Position numbers and translations under genes: made by a program. This document shows positions 23,776 to 37,758 of a stretch of 64,000 nucleotides of DNA, in pieces. Each line of letters begins with the position of its first letter. Position 1 is the first letter of the stretch. The notes beneath the pieces are model-generated. The model was not told the origin of the DNA. It did not search any database and was given only the letters and a program-made list of their open reading frames with translations. Source of the stretch: Diadema antillarum (Eukaryota). The DNA is taken from positions 558,001 through 622,000 of the forward strand of contig NW_027271741.1 in the NCBI RefSeq assembly GCF_040938485.1, read 5' to 3'.

Positions 23776-24808
23776 GTATATCCTCATGTACTAAAACCTA
23801 ATATTCTAGTCCATGCCAAAAATATATCTATGAACCAATTGAAAGAGCTTCTTTGATAAAAAGTAGAATCCAGGAGACAGTTATCCTTTTTTACTACAAT
23901 GTAGCAGAACACTGAGAATACATATTACCAGTTGGAATTTGTAGTTTGGAATATATACCACGCACACGTTTCATACATTGTACCATGAGGACTGTTCACT
24001 TTTGCATGTGTACATCAGGTTTGGGTACTAATAGTTTGGATAAACCAGGCAAACAAACACACTTCCCATTCAATGTACAGTTTATTTTGCTTGCTTGGTA
24101 TCCATATACATACATGTTGTACAGTACACTCAAATGTACATGTACACAGGCAATAGAGGACAGTCCTCAACTGCATGTAACACACACAAAAAAAATCACA
24201 CTTCACATCCAGTCTATACCTAGATGTACAATACATATTATGTATAATACACTTGCTTGGCATCAATAAAACACTCAACTAAATGTTCTGATCCATGCCA
24301 AAAATACAGTTTGTAGATCTACATTGTATGAATTAAGGGCTTCTTTGACGAAAAAAAAAGGTAGAATTCAGGAGAGAAACGGTTATCTCTTTTTTTCTTC
24401 CTTGAACACTTACATGTATTACCAGTTGGAATCTGTAGTAAGAATTTACCATGCATGTTTCATTTATCACATGAATCGAGGACTGTTCTCTATTGTATGC
24501 ATACATTAAGTTTGACTTCTTTTAGTTGAGAAACGACGCAAATAAACACTTCCCATTCAATGCACATAGATTACAATATGCTTGCTTGGTATCCGTATAC
24601 ACTAAAAACCTAATGCACTAGTCCTTGCAGCAAATAGAGGACAGTCCTCAATTACATGTAAGAAATCACGCTTCACATATCCCTAGATCATGTATAATAC
24701 ACTTGCTTTGGATATATCCACATAAACTCAAACCTAATGTTCTCGTCCATGCCAAAGAAATAGATCTACATGTATAAATCAAGAGCTTCTTTGATAAAAA
24801 GTAGAATC

Positions 24809-24846
<38 letters not shown>

Positions 24847-26165
24847 AATCATCCCCTTTTCTTTCCCCCACTTACTTCCTACCAGTTGGAATCTGTCGTA
24901 TGGCACACATGTTTATTTACATGTAATGCCATCGAGGACTGTTCTCTATTGCATGTGTACATCTGATTAGAGTAGTTTCGATAAACCAGGCTATTTATAC
25001 ATGTCCACTGTAATTTTGATGCACTCTAGTACTATTGTTATTTAAAAATATTAAATTGCATATGAGTGCTACACCTATAAAACTGTTTACCAATAATAGA
25101 CAAAATAGCTTTTTAATATGCAAATGCTTTTTTGCTCAATAAAAATCACATCTATTGGTAAGAATAAAGTACACTAACTTTTAAAAGATTTGACACTTGT
25201 GGATGAGGCTTTACATTTAAGGTGGAAAGTCGATCCCGAGTGCCAGTTGATTTCATAAGCTTTACAGAGTACTTAAATCAACCCCCAAAACTATTCCATC
25301 AAGATCTTGATAGGAGGGTCAGGACAAATGCATGCACACTTTATTTTTATATCTTAGTGAGAAAGTAAAAATCTAGATAGCACCATGCAATACAGACTAT
25401 GCACAGATACACCATATATCATTAGTAAACATCCTGCTCAATACATTTACAAATTTGATATGAACATACATGTAACTGTAAAAAGCATACAAGTGTGATT
25501 AATTACCTTTGTAGTCTTGTATGAAACCCACATATAAACATATCATCTGAAAACAGGACAAGGCTGTTTCCCATTGCCTATTAACTTTTTTTTTTCTTTT
25601 CCCCTGCAACACTTGACTTTGGAAGTGAGAGCAAGGTTCGATGAAAAGCACAAAGTAATGAACAGTGATACTTCCAGACCTTTAATCCCAGAAAAAGCGG
25701 GCAGGAAGAATGAATTATTAACTTCAAATCTTTAAATATCATGTGAAAACATTACATTAAAAAAAACACGCAAAGTTGGCTATTCTGGTGAAATATGACA
25801 CAGTTTTTTTTTTGTCTTTACATCTCATTTCCAAGATCAGTGGAGGTTTGTGTTTACTACACGCATGCAGAAGGGGGTGACTCCAAAATAGAAAAAAAAA
25901 AATTAATCCATACAGCAACTTGTTTACATTTTCAAGCATATCTTTGCTATAACAGGTGCAAATGAATTCTGGCATTTCGCAAACTAATCAAAATGAAAAA
26001 GAGCATTATTTCAGCAACACATTTGTTTGCTTGTTTCTTCTTTTTTTTTACATATTGAGCTATGTGTATTATGTAGATGATTTCTTCCTACTTGCTTTTT
26101 CTGGGCTCACAAAGCAAAATCAACAGACACAATGTATGAAATACTATGATGGGTGCAGCACTCAC

Positions 26166-26221
26166 TTTTGATGATGACTCTGCCATTGCTTCAGTGTTTA
26201 TTGAGGAGCCGGCATCTTTTT
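26166..26221 (-). CDS. Candidate upstream coding exon of the SET-tyrosine recombinase gene
   Basis: Acceptor CATTTTTTGCAG ends at 26222 and donor GTGAGT starts at 26165. The 56 nt encode KDAGSSINTEAMAESSSK. Its phase-0 end joins the 20895 exon in frame. Splice-signal evidence only. Confidence 0.5.
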
Positions 26222-27223
26222 CTGCAAAAAATGTAAATGATGTAAGTATACATGACACTTTCATTCAATTCTTGTTTACTTTTCCTTTTTTTTTTTAAAC
26301 GACTTTACACAAGCAAAACAGGACATTCCTCAGTTACATTATGTAAAAAATCACACTTCATATCCAATCTACCTTGTAGATTATGTACAATACATGTACA
26401 ATTGCTTGGAATATCCATATAAACTCAAATCTAATGTTTTGGTTCATGCCAAAAATTGACTTGTGAACAAAGAGCTTCTTTGAGAAAAAAATAAAATCCA
26501 GGAGAGAGACAGAACTTTTTTTTTTTGTTCCCAAGAAAAATTCAGTATTACAAGTTGGAATCCGTAGTATGGATATATCACCCATGTTTATTTACATGTA
26601 CATGTCATTGAGGACTGTTCATTTATTGCATACATGTGTACGTCAGATGTGAGTAGTTTCGACAAACCAGGTTAATAAACATTAATATACATATTAACAT
26701 ATTAAAATAAACATAAAGATTATGCACAATATAATTGCCTGATAAATCCATCACACTCAAACCTAATGTTCTGGTCCATGCCAAAATTGGTTTGTGAATT
26801 AAAAAGCTTCTTTGATAAAAAAATAGAATCCAGGAGAGAGACAGTTATCCTTTTTTTTTCTCCCCTAGAAAAATTCATTTAGGCCCTACAAGTTGGAATC
26901 TGTAGTATGGATACCTGGTATATCATGCATGTTTATTTACATACTGGTACGTGCATGCATGTCATTGAGGACTGTTCTTTATTGCATCATGCATACATCA
27001 GATTTGAGTAGTTTGGATGAACCAGTTAAATCAACACACTGGCAATTCCCATTCAATGTACCTAGTAGAGTATGATTTACTTGCTTTAAGTATCCATACA
27101 CTTAAACCTGACGTACACAAGCAATAGAGGACAGTCCTCGGTTACATGTACATGTAAAATACATTGTACATTTGTATCACACTTCACATCCAATAGATTA
27201 TTGCATGTGTACATTGCACATCA

Positions 27224-27462
27224 CGGCCGTTCCACGGTAAAAGGGTCTATCTTGAGAAATGTTACTGCGGAGAAAAATGGGTTTAAAGTTTGGTGTATTT
27301 GTATGTCTGCCTCTTGTGTTTGTAAGGAGAATGGCTCGTGAGTGTTATTGTATTATGAAATAATATTAAAACAGTGAAATATGAAAAATACACCAAACTT
27401 TAAACCTGTTTTTCTCCAAAGTAACACTTCTCAAGATAGACCCTTTTACCATGGAATGGCCG
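27224..27462. mobile_element. 239-bp MITE with ~75-bp TIRs and 4-bp TSD (ATCA)
   Basis: CGGCCGTTCCACGGTAAAAGGGTCTATCTTGAGAA... and ...TTCTCAAGATAGACCCTTTTACCATGGAATGGCCG. ATCA at 27220-27223 and 27463-27466. The empty site ACATCAGGT is a normal array module. Confidence 0.85.
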
Positions 27463-27763
27463 ATCAGGTATAATTTGGAAAAAACAGGCAAATAAACACT
27501 TCCCATTCAATGGACTTAAAGTACAATTTGCTTGTTTTGGTATCCATATCCTATTCACTCAAACCTGCTGTACTTGTAGCAAATAGAGGACAGTCCTCAA
27601 TTACATATAAAAAAAATCACACTTCACATCCAATCTCCGTGGATTTTGTCTAATACATGTACACTTGCTTGGGAAATCCATGCACATACACTCAAACCTA
27701 ATGTTCTGGTCCATGCCAAAAATAGATGAACCAAGAGCTTCTTTGATAAAAAGGAGAATCCAG

Positions 27764-27814
<51 letters not shown>

Positions 27815-28499
27815 TTATCCCCCTTTCATTCCCATAGAATACTTACATTATTACCAGTTGGAATCTATACAAGTACTTCTTTGATAAAATATGTAGAATC
27901 CAGGAGAGAGACAGTTCTTACTTTTTTTTTCTTTGAACACTTACATGTATTACCAGTTGGAATCTGTAGAATGGATACTATTCATGTTTGATTATTAAAT
28001 TACATAAATCGAGGACTGTTCTTTATTGTATGTGTAGGTATCAGGTTTGCGTAATTTGGATAAGCCAGGCAACGCACTTCCCATTCAATGCACACACTTC
28101 AGATTTTAATTTGCTTGCTTGGTATTTATGCATACAAACTCAAACCTAATGCTCACAAACAAATAGATCTCCAGGACAGTCCTCTGCAGTTAATTTCTTG
28201 TAAAAAATCACACTTTACATCCAATCTACCTAGATTATGTACAATACACATGAAGTACATGTTATTCACATTTTGTGAGGGATACAGTGTTAGATTTTGC
28301 TGTTTATTGGAATTTTCATTATGTGTTATTAATTGTACACCAGTACACACAGAAAACTAAACTGCAAATTGCAGCTAAAGTGCAGTTATTTTTGTTAGTG
28401 TTTAATTGACCTGTTCTTTGTTAGGAGATTGGTTGGGCAATTTAGTTGGGATTATAAGGATTAACTGGTTGATTACAGGGAAAGGGGTAAGTTGGCTCT

Positions 28500-29560
28500 T
28501 TGTGTATTAAATTATGCCTTCTCTGTGTACACAGCTATGGAACTTGGCAGTATGCTTTGTTAGGGAATTAAGTTGGCAACTTTGAATGAACTTGGGAAAT
28601 GGTGGGAGACAACGGATTTGGAGCTCCTTTTGTCCTTTCATGATTGTGGAAGTTAGCTTTTTGGTGTGGGAGGAGTTGAATGTTAGGTCTGGCCGAGTAC
28701 AGACCTTCAGTGTGTAGGAAAAGAACATTTTCTGAGAATGATGATGAGCTGGCACTGCTCTTCATCAGTTAGTCCAAGAATTAATGGAGTGGCAGAGCTT
28801 GTACAATTGTATCATCTTGGAAGTTTGAAATACCTTGAGACACTTTGGTAGATATGGTGAATATATACCCTGTGGTTACAGAAATAAAGCTGCCAAGGTC
28901 AAATTGGGACTATAAACCAATTTCAAATTTCCCTATGTCTGAGTACTAGTAGTACGTAAGTGTGACAATGGTGCTGATGACAGTCACAATAATGGGACTG
29001 TGAGAAAAGCCCACAGAAGTGCAAAGGGTGATATATGCCCTCCCCGTGTTTCTCTACATTTGGTGTCAGGAGTGCATGGGGATGGAATTTCAACAAGTTT
29101 TTGGTGTATGTACGTCACCATCGTGGAGCACAAAAACAGCAAAATATTGCTGGACATGATGTTTTGCTCACCACAGGATGGCTGACATCGCAGGAAGGGT
29201 GTATTGAGGACTGGAGATGTACAATGCAGTATGTCAGACTAAGTAACTGTTTTGATTATTTGCGACTCTCTTGAAAAGTAACTTTATTAATAGAGGCAGG
29301 ATAAAGTGTCGGCCGGTGTTTCAATATCTCTCTGATTGGGTGAGCTGAACTTGAGATGGAGTCTGGGAGCTCCTTATTGACAAGTTTTGAGGAGCTGGAA
29401 TACTTGGACGGAGGGCTACATTTGGATGGATGAGCTCGTGAATGGTGGCCTGGAGCGATCTGGACCCAATACTGACTTGAGAGGTGACACAGAGACACTG
29501 GGGTGGATCTAAACGGGGCAGGATTGCTGATGTGTAGCACAGGACAACTGAATGCCAAGA
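28500..29560 (-). pseudogene. Heavily decayed L2/CR1-group LINE reverse transcriptase remnant
   Basis: Broken minus-strand frames give SVLGP, NKELPDSISSS (NDLP-like), PADT (ADDT-like) and IILRKCSFPTHTEGLY...NIQ.L in the expected order. Many stops and frameshifts. Confidence 0.45.
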
Positions 29561-29749
29561 TACACTGTGGCATTATATGCTTTACACCTGCATGTATTGG
29601 ATACCAATCAATTATAATCTACATGTAGGTTGATTGGATGTAAATTGTGATTTTTTACATAAACTGAGGACTGTCCTCTATTGCTTGTGTACATTAGGTT
29701 TACATGTATATGGATACCAAGTAAGCAAATCATAATTTAAGTACATTAA

Positions 29750-30131
29750 AGGGATGGTATAGTATTGGTGTAGCTGAGAATTGGGCTTTTAACTTTTCGC
29801 GAGATACCAAGAAAACACTTAAGATATAGTACAGAGCGTACCATTTTAAGGGGAATTCAAAGTTTATGTGATGAAAATCGGGTTTGGAATGACTGAAACA
29901 TCCAAAAACAAAAATAAAACAAAGCGATCGTAATAAAGTGTGGGTCCCACACTTTATTAGAATCACTCTTTTTTGGATATCTCAGCCATATCAAACCAAT
30001 TTTTCATCAAATAAACATTGAATTCCTCATAGAATTACATGCTCTTTCATATTTTATAAGAGGTTTCTCATTATTTCACCAAAAATGTTAGAAACCTGAA
30101 ATTAGGTGTCAACCAAAACTGTACGATCCCT
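29750..30131. mobile_element. 382-bp non-autonomous DNA transposon with TTAA TSD (Kolobok-like termini)
   Basis: TTAA|AGGGATGGTATAGTATTGG ... CCAAAACTGTACGATCCCT|TTAA. TTAA at 29746-29749 and 30132-30135. Purine-purine termini with a TTAA TSD fit Kolobok rather than piggyBac. Confidence 0.75.
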
Positions 30132-33100
30132 TTAAATTTAAAGTCTGTTTATTTGCTTGCACCATGGTTTATCCAAACTACTCAAACCTGACATACACAT
30201 GCAATAGAGAACAATGCTCAATGATATGTACATGAAAATAAACATGTACATGTGTGATTTATCCGCACTACAAATTCCAACTGGTAATACGTAATCTAAG
30301 TGTGGAGAAAAAAAAAGGATAACTATCTTTCTCCTTGATTCTACTACTTATCAAAGAAGCTCTTGGTCCATAGATCTATTTTTGGCACAGACTAGAGCAT
30401 TAGGTTTGGGTGGGTGTACCAAGCAAGTGTTATAATTTAGGGGATATTAGTTGTGAAGTGTGATATTTCACATGTAATTGAGGACTGTCCTCTCATTGCT
30501 ACAAAGTACATTAGGTTTTGAGTGCATATGGATACCAAGCATGCAAATTGTCATCTAAGTACATTGAATGGGAAGTGTTTATTTGCCTCATTCCTCCAAT
30601 AAATTAGTCATACCTGATGTAACACATGCAACAGAGAACAGTTCTCGATTCATGTAATTAACAAAACATGCATGGTAAATTCTTACAACAGATTCCAAAT
30701 GGTAATGTCCAAGGAAGAAAAAAAAAGATAACTGTCTCTATCCTGGTGTCTACTTTGTATCAAAGAAGCTCTTAATGTGTACAATACACTATAGTACAGC
30801 TATTTTTGGCATGGACCAGAACATTCAGTTTGAGTGTATGGATACTATAGCAAGTGTATTGTACATAGGTACATAGATGTATTGTACATCTAGGTAGACT
30901 GGATGTGAAGTGTGAATTTTTTTTTTTTTTTATGTAACTGAGGACCGTCCTCTATTTCTTGTGTACATTTGAGTGTTTATGGATGCCAAGCAAGGAAATC
31001 GTAATCGAAGTACATTGAATGGGAAGTGTGTTTGTTTGTCTGGTTTATCCAAATTACTCAAATCTGATGTACACATGCAATAGAGAACATTCCTCATACA
31101 ATGTATGCATGGTATATTCTAGATATTACAATTTCCAACTGGTAATATGTAATCTCAATAATCTGCTAGGAAAAAAGAAGGATAATTGTCTCTCTCCTGG
31201 ATTCTACTTGTTATGATCAAAGAAGCTCTTTCAATTGGTTCATAGATCTGTTTTTTTTTTTTTTTTTTGCATGGACTAGAACATTAGGTTTTATTGTACA
31301 CACGGATATACCAAGCAAGTGTATTGTACATGATCCAGGTATATTGGATGTGAAGCGTGATTTTTTTTTATGTCACTGAGGACTGTCCTCTATTTCTTGT
31401 GTACTTACATACATTTAAGTGTACAAGTATAATTATGGATGCCAAACAAGCAAATCGTAATCTAAGTACATTGAATGGAAATGTGTGTTTGTTTGCCTAG
31501 TTTATCCAAATTGCTCAAATCTGATGTACACATGCAATAGAGAACAGTCCTCAATTACATGTTAATAACAAAACATGCATAGTAATGCATATATAATCCA
31601 TATCCATACTACAGATTCCAACTGGTAATACTCCAGTACATGTATATACAGCTTTCTTGAATCGAGGAATGTTCTTTCTTGCATGTGTACATCAGGTTTC
31701 AGTAATTTGGATAAACAAGGCAAATAACCACTTCCTACTCAATGCACTTATAGATTTACAATTTGCTCGCTTGGTATCCATACACTCAAACCTAATGTAC
31801 ACAAGCAAATAGAGGACAGTCCTCAGTTACATGTAAAAAAAATCACACTTCACATCTAATCTACCTAGATTATGTACAATATACTTGCTTGGTATCCATA
31901 TACACTCAAACCTAATGTTGTGGTCCATGCAAAAAATAGATCTATGTACCAAGAGCTTCTATGATAAAAAAGTAGAATCCAGGAGAGAGAGACAGTTATC
32001 TTTTTGTTCTCCCCTTCAACACTTACACTAACGGTGTACTAGCGACCTAATGCATGATAATTCAGATGGAACAGTAAATTACCACTGTCAAAGGCGTAAT
32101 AATATTTTTACGTGCTCTCTCCATTAGCTTTTCATTACATCCCCTATATTATACATATTTAATATAAATATAATATAATATATATAAAAATGGGCATTTC
32201 CACAGTACATGGGTACTTTTCAGAGATGTCTCTTTATTTTCTGTTTCCGATGTGCATTTTCCCTGAATATAATCTAGAACACTTCAATGAGAGAAAATTG
32301 TGCCCCCAAATTGCTCCAATCAAGCAATCCATTAAAATCTATGCCAAGATGAAAAAAAAAAAAAAATGGGTGAACACATGTAAAGCAGGACAGAATACTA
32401 TGTACTAACATAATTATGATGGTCAAATTATGAATACCGGTACTCATTGGAAATTTGCTGTTTTTCGATTGAATGGCTCATTTTTTTGAGAGAAGATAAT
32501 AATAGCTGTAAAATTCTATTGAAATTTGTGTTTTGTACCATTTCTAGACTTCATGGTGAACGCGCGTAACATGGACAGACCAAAATGCGACAAGACAGTT
32601 ACACATTCAGGACGTGACCATGATGTGGAAGTTTATGTGTACCAAATTTGCTTTTGATATGATTTTTGGTACCAGTAATGAATTTATTGCCAATATAAGG
32701 CTTTGAAAAAAAGATAGAATGGCACCTACAGGCTGCACGTGATCCGAACTACAAAAAACTAATACATGAGAAAACTGGTCCTGGCACATATACGATGGCC
32801 AAGTTACAAGCACAGGGAGCATCGCATTATAGTGATAATCCTCGAACAAAAAATAGTTGGAAAGAATAAAAAGGAAAAGAAAGAAAGAGGAAAAATCTTG
32901 ACGAAATTGATAGGTAGTCTGCTATGCAGCTGATCACATAACTGCAAATAAAAATCAAGGTAATGAGTTGATGTACAAAATGTACTTACCAACAGAGCCC
33001 ATGGAGATTAGTCCCATGATCACAATCCCCCCCCCCCCACCTCCATAAAGGGAACATAAAAAAAAACAACTGCAGTATGACGATTAGTTATTCAAAACAT

Positions 33101-33729
33101 AAACAAGAATGAGAAGGAGAATGAAAAGGAAAAGCAAGAGGAGAAGTAAAACAAAAAAGAAATACAACACAGAATGGAAAGAAGCAAGAAGAGAACTGGG
33201 AACAGTGGTAGAAATAGGATTTGAGTGATGGGAAGGAGTTGAAATCAAGGGTGGATGAGAAATAAAGGAACAAGCAGGAGGGGGAGAAGGGAATGCAGAG
33301 AAAGAAGAAGAAGGAGTGCAAGGCAGGATAGAATGGAAGGAAGTGAGAGAAGGAGAAGGAGAAACGGGAGGAAGTGGATGGGTTGAACACAATGAGAGAG
33401 AAGGCAAAGATGGAGAAAGCGATGTGGAAGAAATTTCAGAATTAGGAGTAGGAGGAGGGGTAATGGCAGAGTTTAAATGAAAAGAAAGAGATACTGTAGA
33501 AGAACTTAATGATGAATGGGAGGTGGGAGGGGTGCTGTCAGCACAGGATATGGTGAATGAAGCTGTGGAAACAAATTGACCAAGATGAGTTCTGAAACGT
33601 GCACAGTAAGAAACTGGAAAAAAAAAAATGTCCTGGTGGCCAGAAGCATGCGCATATATGAAAACCACAAAATACACAAATTTACAAACAATAAAAATTA
33701 CTTTTTTGACACATATGTAATAAATTTTT

Positions 33730-34460
33730 AGTAAAGATCATTACCAAAAGAAGATATTAAATAAACTCAAAAGGTTCATATGCTACCATTGCAAGGATTA
33801 GGGCAAGTCTAAGATAATGCACATATTACGTATGGGACACTCAGAGACTTTTATGACCTGAAAAATAGTGTTAATGGCCTTTGATCATATTGGACTTTAT
33901 CATGTTGACTGATCTAGGAGGAGAATCATGTAAAAAATGGAGAAAATGACCTTGACAACTACAGATTTTAGAAGAGAAAATATGTGCCGTTACATAAGGG
34001 ACCAGGAAAAACTTTGTTATTATGAACATTTTTTCAACCTCAAAACTCTCTGAAAGTAGTTCATTCTATACAGTCTGTAACTTCTAAGTCAGCATGATAA
34101 AAGTCACAAAACTCAAGTTTCAAGTCATGAGGCATAAAACTGTTATTACAGGTTCTGATTTAAGACAGATATAACATGTTACATATGGGACAATTACGTA
34201 GTACATGGGACACTTTGTCCCACATTCGTTTATTGTGTGGACAATCATGTTTATGGGTATTTTGCATAATTATTGAAGTAAAATCAGTTGAAATTACTCA
34301 AATACTGATCCAGATTGTCAAGGGAACAATATTCCCCAAATATCTACCATCATAACATATTTAATCTTATTTCATATTTCTACTATGACCAACCTGAGTA
34401 TGCATGCCCTGCATTTTTATCAGAATATAGTTACTACCAAAAAATGGAAATCAGTGACTT
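33730..34460 (+). pseudogene. Possible decayed 3' end of a non-LTR retrotransposon
   Basis: Broken frame ...MAFDHIGLY...CRYIRDQEKLCYYEHF...KTQVSSHE...LSREQYSPNIYHHNIFNLISYF loosely follows the KLRTY...K.R.SSH...LREQY pattern of LINE ORF2 tails. Recognised by eye only. Confidence 0.3.
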
Positions 34461-36176
34461 GTGTTTACGATATGTACTTCCATTGATGAAGGGCAGTTTT
34501 CCATTCAGTTTCCATATTTAAATCTTGATAACATCACCCATCACTTTGTTTCACATGTAATCTATTTGCCATTTTGCATCTACGCTATGTGGCTGACTTT
34601 TTTCTTTGCTATCATAGAAAATACACAAGTAACTTGGAACAACAAAGTAATATCTATGGCATCTTGGATTAATTCCAGTGGCCAGAAAACCCAATACAGG
34701 GCAGCCAACTTTGAATACTATCATTTGAGAGTGAGGTTATACGAGATTCCCATCTAGGCCATGACTCACTCTAAAATTTTGTTTCATTTGCATGCACGAA
34801 AAATATTGATCTCCCTTTCTATTACCCCACGAGCTCCTTTGATAAAACGTAGAATCCAGGAGAGAGACACTTACATATATCCTCTTTTTTTTTTCTCCTT
34901 GAAAACTTACAAAGTACATTACCAGTTGGAATCTGTAGTATGGACATGTATGCATGTTTGATTATTTACATCTATAATTAAGGACTGTTCTGTAATGACT
35001 GTGTAAATTAGGTTTGAGTAATTTAAGAATCATAAACTAGGCAAATTAACACACTTCCCGTTCAATGTACTTGGATTATAATTTGCTTACATGGTACATA
35101 ATGTATCCACTGGCTTGTACACTCAAACCTAATGTACACATGCAATAGAGGACAGTCCTTAGTCAAAAGCTCACAATTCACATCCAATCTACCAAGATAT
35201 ATACTATACACTTGTTTGATCCATTATACACTCAAAACTAATGTTCTGGTCCATGCCAAAAAATAGTTCTGCATGTACAAACCAAGAGTTTCTTTGCTGA
35301 AAAGTTAAAACCAGGAGAGATCGAGATGGTTATCCCCCCCCCCCCCCTTGAACACTTCCATGTACTACAAGTTAATGGAATCTGTAGGATATATACATTG
35401 TACCATGCATGTTTGATTACAAATTTTGTAATCGAGGACTGTTCTCTTATGCATGTGTACTCAACTCAGGCTTGATAGAGTACATTTGTAATTTGGATAA
35501 ACTAGGCAAATAAGCATACTTCCCATTCAATGTAACAATGCAGATTGTGATTTGCTCGCATGGTATCCACATACACTCAAACCTAATGTTTTAGTATAAG
35601 CCAAAAATAGGTCTATGAACCCAAGAGCTTCTTTGATAAATAGTAGAATCAAGGAGAGAAACAGCTATCCTCTTTATTTCCCCTAGAACACTTACATTTT
35701 TACCAGTTGAAATCTGTAGTATGGATACCGCGCATTTACAATGCATGTCATTGATTGAGGACTGTTTTTATTTCATGTGAACGGTATGTCAGGTTGTAAG
35801 TAGTTTGGATAAACCAGGCAAATAATAATAATAATAATAATAGTTGTTTTGGATATAAACTCCAAATGTTATTGTCCAAGAATGGAAATTTTCTTTGCCC
35901 AATTGATCGAATAAACACACTTCCCATTCAATGTACTTTTAGATTACTATTTACTTGCTTGGTATCCATATGATGTGCACTATATGCATATTAAACCTAC
36001 AGTAGTAATGTACACATGCAATAGAGGAGAGTCCTCGGTTACATGTAAAAAAAATTACACACACACTTCACATCCAATCTTCTTCTTCTGTAGAAGTGCA
36101 TCCTTCACAGTTGAAGATCAGCGCACTGCAGAGTGGTATGCATACTGTAATGGCACTTTGGGAGACCGGGGACGTA

Positions 36177-36325
36177 CCGTTGCATAAAAGTTATAATTAT
36201 GGTAACTTTGCCATCCAGCGGTAACTACCATGGCAACAATACTCAACAGCCAACTGAAATCAAGATTTCCATAGATGAAGTTACCACTGGATGGCAAAGT
36301 TAGTATAGTAACTTTTATGCAACGG
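36177..36325. mobile_element. MITE with CCGTTGCATAAAAGTT TIRs
   Basis: CCGTTGCATAAAAGTT at 36177-36192 and AACTTTTATGCAACGG at 36310-36325, plus inner arms AACTTTGCCATCCAG / CTGGATGGCAAAGTT. Confidence 0.8.
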
Positions 36326-37758
36326 GCCACGGGCCCTCAAGGGCCAATCATAATTTACATACAAAGTAGAGTGAACAATAAATTGTGCAGAAATATGTAC
36401 GGTATGTGAAGTGCTGCTAGAACTAGAAGATTACTGTATAATTATACAATATACTTGCTTGGTATCCACCTCTACACTCAAATCTAAGGCCATGACCATC
36501 GTTCCCTTTCTTCTGCCTTACTGAATACTATAAATAGACTATTTTCAGGGCTACTATTCATTTTTATTATCATTTAAATGTAAAACTTAGACCTCTACAG
36601 AAATTACTCCTCATGTGGGGGCCATAAAACTCCCGGCCCTGTCACCCTAGTGGCAGGGTTGAATCTCACATCTCTGCCACTTTAGGTAGGGGATGGTTAC
36701 TTGCACAATGGTTATTGTAACTCTAAGGAAGTGCATACCAGCTACTGTAGGGAGTGTAGGTAGGCCTACAACTTCTGTATGTGTACTATAGTATCCTCGG
36801 GTCTAGTTCACAAAAACACAAGCAAAGAAACAAACAAACAAAAACAAAGTGGCTTAACCCCAACTTAATTAAGTTAAAGAATATGACAATGACAGAAAAT
36901 GAGGACAGTGTACATACACAACTAGAACTTTCTACACGTATAACGTTAGATCTAACAATAGGCCTATGTAGTATGTGACATGTCTCCTTATTTGCACACG
37001 TAAGGAAGTGCAAAATCACACTCGACTTCCAAATTCTCAGTTTTTAACGTGATTAGGAAATAGAGACTTTATGTCCCGACACCAAATCTATGCAGCTAGG
37101 TTTCTTGTAGCTATCTAAGTTAAAACTAACTATGCATTGTTAGACTTGAGTCTATAAAGTATTAGGCACTTATGAAGGATGTATGGCGGGTGACTGCTAG
37201 TGCTAATGTAACGCTAGTGCTACTACCCTGGACCTACTCAGTATAATTATTAGATCAGATTGTGTGAGCGAAGATATGATCCAAAGTTTGCCAAGGCGGC
37301 CGAAATTACCCTCACCTACTCTAGCAGTATCGAAAAAAAAAAAGAGAGATCAGAGAGTCCTCAGTTACAGGTAAAAAACCCACACATTTCACATCCAATC
37401 TTCCTCTTCTGTTGTAGTTCTAAGTAATGGTAGTGGTAACTACCATGGTAGTTACCACTGGTAGTTACCATGTCGTTCAAGTATATTTAAATATCTAGAG
37501 ACCAGACCTAAAGACTAAAAGTCTATAGAATACTAACGTTACAGATCTATTTGCTTGGCAAACCCGGAGATATAATTAAAGGCTAAAAGAGGCCGCGGAG
37601 ACACCTACTAGACCAATAATAAACATATACTGTATTGGCATTGCCACTGCACTCGTGGCTTGCACACAAATGAATACAATGAACAATTATAAAAACTAGC
37701 CCTCAAAATGTGATACTGCAGTTATTTGTGCTACCATAAAATAATATGCCTCACTTAC

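Larger units (their letters stand above)
20985..37400. repeat. Modular satellite-like array (~460-490-bp unit, many partial, duplicated and inverted copies) interrupted by TE insertions
   Basis: Recurring modules GCAATAGAGGACAGTCCTC, AATCACACTTCACATC, CTTGGTATCCATACACTCAAACCTAATG, CCATGCCAAAAATAGATCT, AAGAGCTTCTTTGATAAAAAGTAGAATCCAGGAGAG, TTACCAGTTGGAATCT, GAGGACTGTTCTCTATTGC and CACTTCCCATTCAATG. Unit spacing examples: 23929 to 24422 to 24881. Inverted block at about 29585-31632. Confidence 0.9.

Noticed and set aside
25507-25546. 40-nt minus-strand micro-exon (TTTTCAG...GTAATT)
   Set aside because: Including it shifts the frame and creates a stop in the 20895 exon; at most a UTR or poison exon, with no further support.
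33084-33677. 197-aa Ser/Pro-rich minus-strand ORF as a mucin-like exon
   Set aside because: Explained by a purine/pyrimidine-skewed low-complexity tract within an insertion; no domain and no matching donor site.
36630-36700. Hairpin with GGTTGAATC resembling a tRNA T-loop
   Set aside because: No cloverleaf or A box could be built.
20985-37400. CRISPR-like array (palindromic repeat with spacers)
   Set aside because: The sequences between palindromes are homologous modules, not unique spacers; spacing is irregular, the context is eukaryotic and there are no cas genes.
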